Assembly: GCA_963823555.1 (NCBI GenBank)
Contig: CAWGMA010000001.1
Span: 416,001-480,000, forward strand
Length of the DNA stretch: 64,000 nucleotides
Source of the DNA: Candidatus Eiseniibacteriota bacterium
GTDB taxonomy: Bacteria; Eisenbacteria; RBG-16-71-46; CAVPCR01
Direction: 5' to 3'
Part shown: piece after piece, positions 42,685 through 50,350 of the stretch
How the letters are laid out: the number at the start of each line of letters is the position of its first letter
Position numbering within the stretch: position 1 is the first letter of the stretch
Translations under genes and position numbers: made by a program
Notes under the pieces: model-generated
Databases searched by the model: none
What the model was told of the DNA's origin: nothing
The model's input: only the letters and a program-made list of their open reading frames with translations

Positions 42685-44027
42685 TGGTGATGAACATGCC
42701 ACGCCCTCTTCACATCTTCGAGCTGCGGCGCACGCTACCGGCCGTGGCCTTCCTTGCCGCGTTCCTCCTCATGCCGGCGGCGTCCGCTCGAGCCATCATC
42801 GAATGGGAAGCGGGCATCGAGAAGGGAGGGATACGGCAGCCGATCTGGCTCGACCCCTTCACGACGGAAGGGGACGGCCAGAAGCTGGATCCCATGCGTA
42901 AGGACGGCGAGTCGGTGCTCCTCGATGATCTCATCCTCTCCGGGTACTTCCGGGTCGACGGCCCGGTGGCCGCCGATCTCGCGCCGCGGGGGTCCGTGGT
43001 GGCGCGCTCGAAGGGACCCGATCTGACGGCGATCGTCAGCGGCCGCCTGGTGATGGAAGGGGGCAAGACGCGCTTCATCGGCCGGGTGGTGAGCCATCCG
43101 GCCGAGAAGCTCATCTTCGAACGCACCTATCCGGTGAGCGGCGAGGTGCGGCCGGTGATGCACGCCTTCAGCGACGACATCGTCTTCCACCTGATCGGCG
43201 AGCAGGGCCTTGCGCAGACGCGCGTGGCGTGCATCTGCTCGGCCTCCCAGGCGCGGGAGGTCATGGTCTTCGACTACGACGGCTTCGGTGGACGACAGCT
43301 CACCCGCGACAACTCGTCGAACCTCGGTCCGGCATGGTCACCGGTGGATGCAGTCATCGCCTACACTTCGTTCAAGCGCGGCGAGGCGGATCTCTACGGA
43401 GTGAATGCCGATGACGGCAAGGCCTACACCATCAGCCAGTATCCGGGCATCGATACCGCGGCCTCCTGGTCCCCGGACGGTCGGTTCCTGGCCGTGACGC
43501 TGAGCATGAAGGAGCGCAACCCGGACATCTACATCATCCGTCGCAACGGCGAGATCGTCGAGCGCATCACGTTTCATCCGGGCATCGATACCTCACCCAG
43601 CTTCGCGCCCACCGGACGGCAGATCGCCTTCATCTCGGACCGGCTGGGATCGCCGCAGATCTTCATCACCGATTCCGAGGGCCTCGACGCCATGCGGCTC
43701 CCCGTGCCGCAGAGCTTCTGCGACTCACCGGCCTGGTCCCCGCGGGGCGATCGCATCGCGTATGCGGCCCGTTCGGGAGGCGGCAACTTCGACATCTTCG
43801 TGGCGACGCTCGACGGCAGCATCGTCGAGCAGCTCACTCTGGGCTGGGGGTCGAGCGAGAACCCGCGGTGGTCGCCGGACGGGCGCCAGATCGTGTTCAG
43901 CTCCACCCGGAGCGGCGAGCGCGCGATCTATGTCATGCTCGCCGACGGTTCGAATCAGCGCCGGCTGACGCCGAAGGACAAGATGTGCTTCTACCCCACC
44001 TGGTCTCCTCGGCCCGCGGCCAAGTAG
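42681..44027 (+). CDS. tolB: Tol-Pal beta-propeller protein TolB
   Basis: MHAFSDDIV followed by PD40 repeats (WSPDG). Confidence 0.9.
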   Translation: MMVMNMPRPLHIFELRRTLPAVAFLAAFLLMPAASARAIIEWEAGIEKGGIRQPIWLDPFTTEGDGQKLDPMRKDGESVLLDDLILSGYFRVDGPVAADLAPRGSVVARSKGPDLTAIVSGRLVMEGGKTRFIGRVVSHPAEKLIFERTYPVSGEVRPVMHAFSDDIVFHLIGEQGLAQTRVACICSASQAREVMVFDYDGFGGRQLTRDNSSNLGPAWSPVDAVIAYTSFKRGEADLYGVNADDGKAYTISQYPGIDTAASWSPDGRFLAVTLSMKERNPDIYIIRRNGEIVERITFHPGIDTSPSFAPTGRQIAFISDRLGSPQIFITDSEGLDAMRLPVPQSFCDSPAWSPRGDRIAYAARSGGGNFDIFVATLDGSIVEQLTLGWGSSENPRWSPDGRQIVFSSTRSGERAIYVMLADGSNQRRLTPKDKMCFYPTWSPRPAAK

Positions 44028-44295
44028 GGCGGGGCCGATAGGGATGGGGGCTCGAGGCCGAAGGGGCGACTGAAGGCCGAGATAGGAGGGGATGGCAGCG
44101 GCTCTCGGCCGCCGCTTGACAGGGTGCCTGATTCGTTCGATGCTGCGGCTGTCCGGGAGGTGTTGGGGGTGGTTACCGACCCGGAAGATCTGGACCCTGC
44201 CGCCAGGATGGCGGTGGGTCCTACTGGGATGGAGCGCGGGCTGGCAGTTGGCTTTCAACATGAGGCCCCGCCCCACATGAGGAGGGAGTGTGGTA

Positions 44296-44802
44296 ATGAG
44301 ATCGTGGAAGCTCGTCATCCTGTCGCTGACTTGCCTCGCGGTGCTGGTTGGCGGTTGTGGTGGCAAGAAGCCGCCGGAGGAGCCGGCCCAGCCACCCGCA
44401 GCCGAAGTCGTGACTCCTCCTCCGCCTCCGCCCGACAAACCGGAGCCGCCCAAGCCGGTCGAGAAGCCGGCGCTCAGCCTGCAGGCGATCTACTTCGACT
44501 TCGACATGTACGCGCTCAGGGATGATGCGCGCATGACGCTCGCCGCGAACGCCAAGGGGTTGCAGGACCACCCCGAGGCGCGAATCGCGATCGAGGGGCA
44601 TTGCGACGAGCGCGGCACCGTCGAGTACAACCTGGCGCTCGGCGAGAAGCGCGCCAAGGCGGCCTACGATTACCTCGTGAGTTACGGCATTCCGGCCGAC
44701 CGGATGTCCACGGTGAGCTTTGGCGAGGAGCGTCCTGCCGATCCGGGCCATGACGAAGCAGCCTGGGCTCGGAACCGGCGCGCCGAGTTCGTGACACGAT
44801 AG
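44296..44802 (+). CDS. pal: Peptidoglycan-associated lipoprotein
   Basis: Lipobox VGGC, IYFDFD, EGHCDERGT.EYNLALGE and NRRAEF. Confidence 0.95.
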   Translation: MRSWKLVILSLTCLAVLVGGCGGKKPPEEPAQPPAAEVVTPPPPPPDKPEPPKPVEKPALSLQAIYFDFDMYALRDDARMTLAANAKGLQDHPEARIAIEGHCDERGTVEYNLALGEKRAKAAYDYLVSYGIPADRMSTVSFGEERPADPGHDEAAWARNRRAEFVTR

Positions 44803-44884
44803 GCGAAGCGACTGCGGCCATGCCAGCGACATGGCGGGAATGCACTCCCGCCATGTCGCCAAGGAGCCTACGAGAAGGCACGTC

Positions 44885-45736
44885 ATGACACTACGCGGCT
44901 TGACGGCGCCCAGGCGGATGGTGATTTCGCCTGTGCGCCGTGGCACGCTCCCGAGTCATTGCGATCCCCGGTTGAGAGCCACCTCATCGGTTCTGCTCGG
45001 CGTCACGCTCGCGCTGGGCCTTTCCGGTTGCGGCGGCTTCTTCAGCATGCCCGATCGCTTGGCGGAAACCCAGGCGCAGGTCACGGACGTGCAGCGCCGG
45101 CAAGAGGCTCTGGCTCGCGAGGTGGAGGAGCTCAAGGCGATGATCACGGCGCAGGAGGAGGTCCTGCGCCAGATGCGCGCCGACCAGAGCTCGAACACGG
45201 CTGAGCTCCAGAGCGCGATCGAGCTCTTGCGTAACCAGCTCGACTACACCAGCCGCCAGCTGCGGCGGCCCGCGGTGCAACCCACCACACGAGCCGCGGC
45301 GACCGACACGGCTCAAGGGAGCGAGACACGCCCTGAGACCGCCGGGGGGCCGGCTCTCGAGGAGCAGGGACTCTACAACGCCGCGCTCCAGCATCTGCAG
45401 CAAGGTCGATATCCGCTTGCCATCAACGGCTTCCGCGAGTACCTGGGCAAATTCCCGGAGGGAGCACTCGGCGACGCGGCGCAGTATGGAATCGCCGAGG
45501 CCTACTACGCACAATCAGACTATCCCACGGCCGCTATCGAGTTCCGCACCGTCGTCGACCAGTATCCAGGCAGCGACCGGGTTCCGGCAGCCCTCCTCAA
45601 GGCTGGACTGTCCTACTTCGAGGCAGGCAAGGAGGATCTGGGTCGCGCCTATCTGGAGCGGGTGGTCAACGAGTACCCCTATTCGGACGAGGCACTTCGG
45701 GCCAAGGACCGCCTCGATCGCTGGAAGCAGGACTAG
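44885..45736 (+). CDS. cpoB: Cell division coordinator CpoB/YbgF (start uncertain)
   Basis: Lipobox LSGC, coiled coil and three TPRs; follows pal. Confidence 0.88.
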   Translation: MTLRGLTAPRRMVISPVRRGTLPSHCDPRLRATSSVLLGVTLALGLSGCGGFFSMPDRLAETQAQVTDVQRRQEALAREVEELKAMITAQEEVLRQMRADQSSNTAELQSAIELLRNQLDYTSRQLRRPAVQPTTRAAATDTAQGSETRPETAGGPALEEQGLYNAALQHLQQGRYPLAINGFREYLGKFPEGALGDAAQYGIAEAYYAQSDYPTAAIEFRTVVDQYPGSDRVPAALLKAGLSYFEAGKEDLGRAYLERVVNEYPYSDEALRAKDRLDRWKQD

Positions 45737-45993
45737 CCCGGCGTATCCTCCCTTCCCGCTCGGAGGCCCTGCCCGTTCGATTCGCCTTTGCCAGGCGTTG
45801 ATCCCCGCTCTTCCCGCGACGGGCATTGGCCCCGAGACTTCCCTGCCGTGGCCGCTTTGCACGATGCGACATTGCAGGGTCCGATGCCCCGTGCAATCCG
45901 CTCGCCGCCTCTTGCATCTCGCTTCGGGACACTAACGCCGTATGTCCGCTCTGCAACTCGCCTCGCGTGATGCAACCGATCATGCCGCCGCCT

Positions 45994-46008
45994 TGGCACA
46001 GGGTTTGC
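45994..46008 (+). promoter_or_regulatory. Sigma-54 (-24/-12) promoter
   Basis: TGGCAC-AGGGT-TTGC with exact GG-N10-GC spacing. Confidence 0.7.
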
Positions 46009-46115
46009 CGTTCCCCCCTCCGGTTTGATTCCTGAGTCGCCGTGCTTTCTTTTCGCGGCGCGAAACTCGAGGGCAAGCGGTGCGGCTCTCCGTGATCAAG
46101 GAGGGGAAATTGACC

Positions 46116-46553
46116 ATGTCGATTCGAAACATGTCGGGCAGTTACTTGGGCCTCTTCATCCTGGTCATCGCCTTCGGCGGTCTGATCGCTGGTTGCGGTG
46201 AGGATCAGGTGACTGCGACCGACACGACGGCGCCCGCAGCCCCGATCGGTCTGCGCGCCATGGCCGGAAACACGACCGTCTATCTGGAGTGGGATGCCAA
46301 CTCCGAGACCGACCTCGCCGGCTACAATGTCTACTCCGCTGTGGATGGGGCAGCCCTCGAGCTGGTCGCTGTGGTGCCGGCGACGAGCACGGGCTACAAC
46401 GAGGTGCGCGAGCGTGGTCACGAGTACACCTACGAGATCACAGCCTTCGATCAGAGCACGAACGAGAGCTCGGCCTCCAATCAGGCGTCGATCTTGCACC
46501 AATCGCTGCCCTCGGGCGGAGTGCGCGACAACATAGGTACGATCGAGCGCTAG
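46116..46553 (+). CDS. Small lipoprotein with single Fn3-like domain
   Basis: Lipobox IAGC and DTTAPAAP.GL...LEWDAN.E.DLAGYNVY...YEITAFD..NES. Confidence 0.85.
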   Translation: MSIRNMSGSYLGLFILVIAFGGLIAGCGEDQVTATDTTAPAAPIGLRAMAGNTTVYLEWDANSETDLAGYNVYSAVDGAALELVAVVPATSTGYNEVRERGHEYTYEITAFDQSTNESSASNQASILHQSLPSGGVRDNIGTIER

Positions 46554-46600
46554 CTCGCCGATGATCGGCGGCTGAAGCCGCACCCTCGTGCCGCGGTGAT

Positions 46601-46644
46601 GGAGCTGGGGCCCTCTGCGTGAGCAGGGGTTCCAGCTCCCTTTC
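46601..46644 (+). terminator. Rho-independent terminator after Fn3 lipoprotein
   Basis: GGAGCTGGGGCCCTCTGC-GTGA-GCAGGGGTTCCAGCTCC then CTTT. Confidence 0.7.
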
Positions 46645-46730
46645 GCTTGGGTCGGGTTGGGCAGCCGCTTGCGTTGGACGCGGCGGATAGCGTGCTGGAG
46701 AATGCAGGCGAGATGTGGTAGGCTGTCTTC

Positions 46731-46932
46731 ATTCGGGATCCGTACGCCGCGTGCGAACCGACCGACCTCGTGCCCCAGCGACCACGCCGTCCTGCCGAGG
46801 GACGGCCATCTGTTCCTGAAGGAGCGAGCGGCCGGAACTCAGATGGCGCGACGGAATGGGTTCCGTCACATCGCGCTACCGGGCATAACAGGGGCTCCCT
46901 GGCCTTCCAGGCAGGAGCCCCTTGCGCTTTTT
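46731..46932 (+). ncRNA. Candidate ~200-nt structured RNA (unassigned)
   Basis: Extended -10 TGgTAGGCT (46716-46724), a multibranch fold with plus-strand G-U pairs, and a terminator hairpin 46890-46922 followed by TGCGCTTTTT. Confidence 0.45.
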
Positions 46933-46965
46933 GGGGGAGTTGGCGGGGCGAGTGCCGGGGGGGAG

Positions 46966-47541
46966 GAAAGGGGCCGCCGCCGCCAGCGGGGAGGGCGGGG
47001 CGGCCCCTCGGAGGGGGCACCCCGCCCCCATGAGATGGAGGAGGCGGGGTGCGCTGGCCGAGACGCGGTGGGCTCGGAACACCGCGCACTCGGCGAAGAA
47101 TGCAGGCAGGGAACACCGACCACGTCGCCCACCATCGCGGTCAACTGAGTCACTCAGTCACCTGGTGCTCCCTGCCCAACCCGACTAGTTCCTGGGGCGA
47201 GCCGTTGCCGCCGCCGGTGAAACGGTCGGCGGTACGGCAGCTTACTGCGACATCTCGCAATAAGCCGTGGTGCCGTCCCGGTCGCTCCCTCGGGCGGTGG
47301 GCGAAGAGGCACAAGTCCTCCCGCAGCTCGAATGACACTCTGGTCACCGAGACACCCGCGCCGGAGCGCGACACGCGAAACTAGGTTGTCAAGGCGTCTT
47401 TAACGAAGCGGAATAGGCCTTCTCGGTATCGTGCGCGGCTCTGGGATTAGAGCTCGTGGCCGTTCAGCTTTAGCAAGGTGGGATTCTAGGATCCTCCGGC
47501 ATGCGGTGGATGGGGCTGGGAGCCCCGCTTCCAACTTCGTC
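46966..47541 (-). ncRNA. Candidate ~575-nt multi-domain structured RNA (unassigned)
   Basis: Minus-strand promoter TTGTCA-18-TATAAA with extended TG. Many stems whose plus-strand A-C mismatches become G-U on the minus strand. No credible ORF. Confidence 0.55.
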
Positions 47542-47547
47542 GCTGTA

Positions 47548-47577
47548 TTTATAGCACGCTATCCGGAGCCCTGACAA
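47548..47577 (-). promoter_or_regulatory. Sigma70-type promoter pointing into the non-coding region
   Basis: Minus strand reads TTGTCA-GGGCTCCGGATAGCGTGC-TATAAA (TGn extended -10). Confidence 0.6.
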
Positions 47578-47790
47578 GAGGAAAAATCCGCTTCTGGCCC
47601 GGTTCCTGCCACCTCGAGCCGGCAGTCCGGTGCGAGTCCGAGTCCCTGTCGCCAGTTGGTGCCGTGGGCTCCAGGGCGAATCGCGCACGCTGGTGACGCG
47701 CTGGACACCGGCGTTGTCGGTGTTGGTCCAGGAGGCCTGCGGCAAGGAGAGCCCCGGGGGAAGGCCTTCCTCATCACTGGAGAGACCGCC

Positions 47791-49338
47791 CTGCTGGCCA
47801 CTCTGATATCGGCGACCCTCCATGGAATCGATGGCTGTCTCGTGCGTGTCGAGGTCGATGCCGCGGACGGGCTCCCGAATTACCAGGTCGTCGGTCTTCC
47901 GGATGCCGCCGTGCGCGAGAGCAGGGAACGCATCTCGTCGGCGATTCGCCATCTTGGCTTCACCTACCCCACGCGGCGCATCACCATCAACCTGGCGCCG
48001 GCAGGACTCAAGAAGGAAGGCGCTGCCTTCGATCTCCCGATCGCCATCGGCATCCTCCTCGCTTCAGGACAGATCCCGCCGTCAGGCGAGGGTCCTTTTG
48101 CCGCGGCGGGCGAGCTCTCGCTCGATGGGTCGGTGAAACCGATTCGCGGGGCGCTTTGCATGGGCGCGGCGGTGCGGGCCGCAGGCATCCGGCGCTTGCT
48201 CGTGCCCGTCGCGAACGCTGCCGAGGCAGCCCATGTCACGGACCTGTGCGTGCACGGCGTGGAGCGGCTCGATGAGGCCGCACGGCTCCTCGCCGCATTC
48301 GGCACCCCGGACGAACCCCACCCGGCGCGCCCGCGTTCGCCGGATCCAGTCTCTCCCGCGGAGCTGGACCTGGACGACGTGCTCGGCCAGGAGCATGCCA
48401 AGCGCGCGGTCGAAGTGGCTGCGGCCGGCGGTCACAATCTCCTCCTCGTCGGTCCGCCCGGCGGCGGCAAGACCATGCTCGCGCGCCGGCTACCCGGCAT
48501 CCTGCCCCCGCTCGGCCACGAGGAAGCGGTCGAGACCACGAAGATCGCCTCGGTTGCCGGCCTGCTCCCTGCCGGTGCGGGGCTGATGGCCCATCGCCCG
48601 TTTCGTGCTCCGCACCACACCATCTCGACAGCGGGGCTCGTCGGCGGCGGGCAGCCGCTGAAGCCTGGAGAGGTGAGCCTCGCTCATCACGGGGTGCTCT
48701 TCCTCGATGAGCTACCCGAGTTCCGCCGCACGGCTCTCGAGGTCCTGCGCCAGCCACTCGAAGAGGGTTGGGTCACGATCGTGCGGGTTGCGGGTGCGGT
48801 CACCTTCCCGGCCCGCTTCACCCTCATCGCAGCCTCCAACCCCTGCGCGTGCGGGTATCTCGGCGATCCCCGGGTGGCCTGCCGGTGTAGCGAGGCGGCG
48901 GTGGCGAGCTACATGGGAAGGCTCTCCGGGCCGCTTCTCGATCGCATCGATCTTCGCGTGGACGTGGGGCGGGTGGAGCCCGGGGAGTTCCTCGCCGCGC
49001 AGCCCCGGTCGGGCGTGTGGGGGACGGCGGCGGTGCGCCAGCGCGTGGCCGAGGCACGCCGGCGCGCGGCGGTACGTCTGCGTGCGGAGCCCGGTGTCTT
49101 CGCCAATGCGCAACTCGGTCCGGCGCTCGTGCGCCGGCATTGCGTGGTGCGCGGAGCGACGTTCCGGCTCATGAGCGCCGCGGCGGAGAAGCTCGCTCTC
49201 ACCGCGCGCTCGCTCGACCGCACGCTCAAGGTGGCGCGAACGATCGCGGATCTCGAAGGCGCTCGCGATATCGGGGAGGACCACCTCGCTGAGGCACTCC
49301 AGTATCGCGGACTGGAGCGGAGAGAGACCCATCGCTGA
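47791..49338 (+). CDS. comM: YifB/ComM family Mg-chelatase-like AAA+ ATPase (probable CTG start)
   Basis: VVGLPDAAVRESRER, INLAPA..KKEG..FDLPIA, GPPGGGKT, PFRAPHHT, FLDELPEF and SGPLLDRID motifs. Confidence 0.93.
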   Translation: MLATLISATLHGIDGCLVRVEVDAADGLPNYQVVGLPDAAVRESRERISSAIRHLGFTYPTRRITINLAPAGLKKEGAAFDLPIAIGILLASGQIPPSGEGPFAAAGELSLDGSVKPIRGALCMGAAVRAAGIRRLLVPVANAAEAAHVTDLCVHGVERLDEAARLLAAFGTPDEPHPARPRSPDPVSPAELDLDDVLGQEHAKRAVEVAAAGGHNLLLVGPPGGGKTMLARRLPGILPPLGHEEAVETTKIASVAGLLPAGAGLMAHRPFRAPHHTISTAGLVGGGQPLKPGEVSLAHHGVLFLDELPEFRRTALEVLRQPLEEGWVTIVRVAGAVTFPARFTLIAASNPCACGYLGDPRVACRCSEAAVASYMGRLSGPLLDRIDLRVDVGRVEPGEFLAAQPRSGVWGTAAVRQRVAEARRRAAVRLRAEPGVFANAQLGPALVRRHCVVRGATFRLMSAAAEKLALTARSLDRTLKVARTIADLEGARDIGEDHLAEALQYRGLERRETHR

Positions 49339-49387
49339 TGCCGTGCCCCGGGAGGATGTGAGGCGTAGGGCGACATGGAGTGGAGTC

Positions 49388-50065
49388 ATGTCCGGCGATC
49401 CTGCCTTGATCGATGCTGTTTCCGCCCACGTGAGTCGACATGTCGGCCGTACCGCGTTCGTCTTCCACGAGCTCGAATCGGAACTCGTGCACATCGATGT
49501 TCACTACGTCCGTTCGACACGGGGCCGTCCGTTCGAGGTCCTGGTCACATCAGGGATGAGCGCGCGCCCGATGTCGACGCCGGCAGGAAGCCATGTGCCG
49601 CGCTATGCGGAGCTGGTCGCCCTCCTTCCCGCCGGCTGGCCGCTGCTGGGGCCGGCCGGCGATGACGAGCGAAACTCGTGGCCGCTCGAGCTTATCAGGG
49701 ATCTCGCTCGCTACCCCCACCGGCACAAGACCTGGCTCGGCTACGGTCACTCGCTCAGCGACGCCGATGGGCCGGGCGTTCCCTTCGCCTCCAACACCCG
49801 GCTCAGCGCGGTCATTCTCCTGCCGCCAGTGACGCTCGGAGGCCGCTTCTTCACGCTCAGGCGGCGGGGTGGATGCAACATCCACTTCTGGGCGGTGGTG
49901 CCGCTCTACAGGGAGGAGCTCGAGTTCAAGCTCCGGGAGGGCACGGAGGCACTTCTTGACGCCTTCGAGCGGCACGGGATCACCGACGTGATCGATCCGC
50001 AGCGGACGAACGTGGCGCGGGCAAAGCCAGGTCCTGAGGTCGGGATCGGGTTTCAGAGTTCGTGA
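49388..50065 (+). CDS. Suppressor-of-fused (SUFU) domain protein
   Basis: HE..S..VHIDV, LVTSGMS..PM, TWLG.GH and VVPLY.EELEFK..G...L motifs. Confidence 0.85.
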   Translation: MSGDPALIDAVSAHVSRHVGRTAFVFHELESELVHIDVHYVRSTRGRPFEVLVTSGMSARPMSTPAGSHVPRYAELVALLPAGWPLLGPAGDDERNSWPLELIRDLARYPHRHKTWLGYGHSLSDADGPGVPFASNTRLSAVILLPPVTLGGRFFTLRRRGGCNIHFWAVVPLYREELEFKLREGTEALLDAFERHGITDVIDPQRTNVARAKPGPEVGIGFQSS

Positions 50066-50074
50066 TTGTGTGAG

Positions 50075-50169
50075 TTTCGCGAACCCGGTCTGGCGAAGTG
50101 TTGTTTCGCGAACTCAGATTCGCGAAGTGGGTTCTTGCGAACCAGGTTTCGCGAAGTGTGATTGACGAA
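50075..50169. repeat. Array of seven TTCGCGAA-like palindromes at 14/15-nt spacing (three 29-nt units)
   Basis: Cores at 50076, 50090, 50105, 50119, 50134, 50148 and 50162. Confidence 0.8.
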
Positions 50170-50350
50170 GTGGATATGCTGCGAGTGGATGAGCGGCGAG
50201 GCGAGTAAGTGTTGGTGCGTGTGATCTGTCAGCCACAGAAATGTGCGCTCGAGTGAAGAAAGTGCTTGATCGGTAGTGGTTCCGTTCGTATCCTGATCCG
50301 GTATTCCCTCCCCGCGACAATTCAGCAAGACCCCCGGAAGGAGTATCGCC

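Noticed and set aside
46934..46990. RNase P RNA-like opening (GGAGTTGGC...GAGGAAAG)
   Set aside because: It continues GAGGAAAGGGG instead of GAGGAAAGTCC, and the 3' ACAGAA.CCGGCTTA signature is absent. It is better explained as the reverse complement of a hairpin tail.
47199..47243. Group II intron domain V-like hairpin (GAGCCGT...GTGAAA...GTACGG)
   Set aside because: The stem is too long, has no AC bulge or domain VI, and there is no RT gene. Wobble pairs in neighbouring stems favour the opposite strand.
46650..47580. tmRNA, SRP RNA, tRNA or cobalamin riboswitch identity for the structured region
   Set aside because: I found no tRNA-like ends or tag ORF, no SRP GGAA-loop motif and no B12 box by eye.
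50075..50169. CRISPR array
   Set aside because: Units are 14-15 nt with 6-7 nt between cores, and there are no cas genes.
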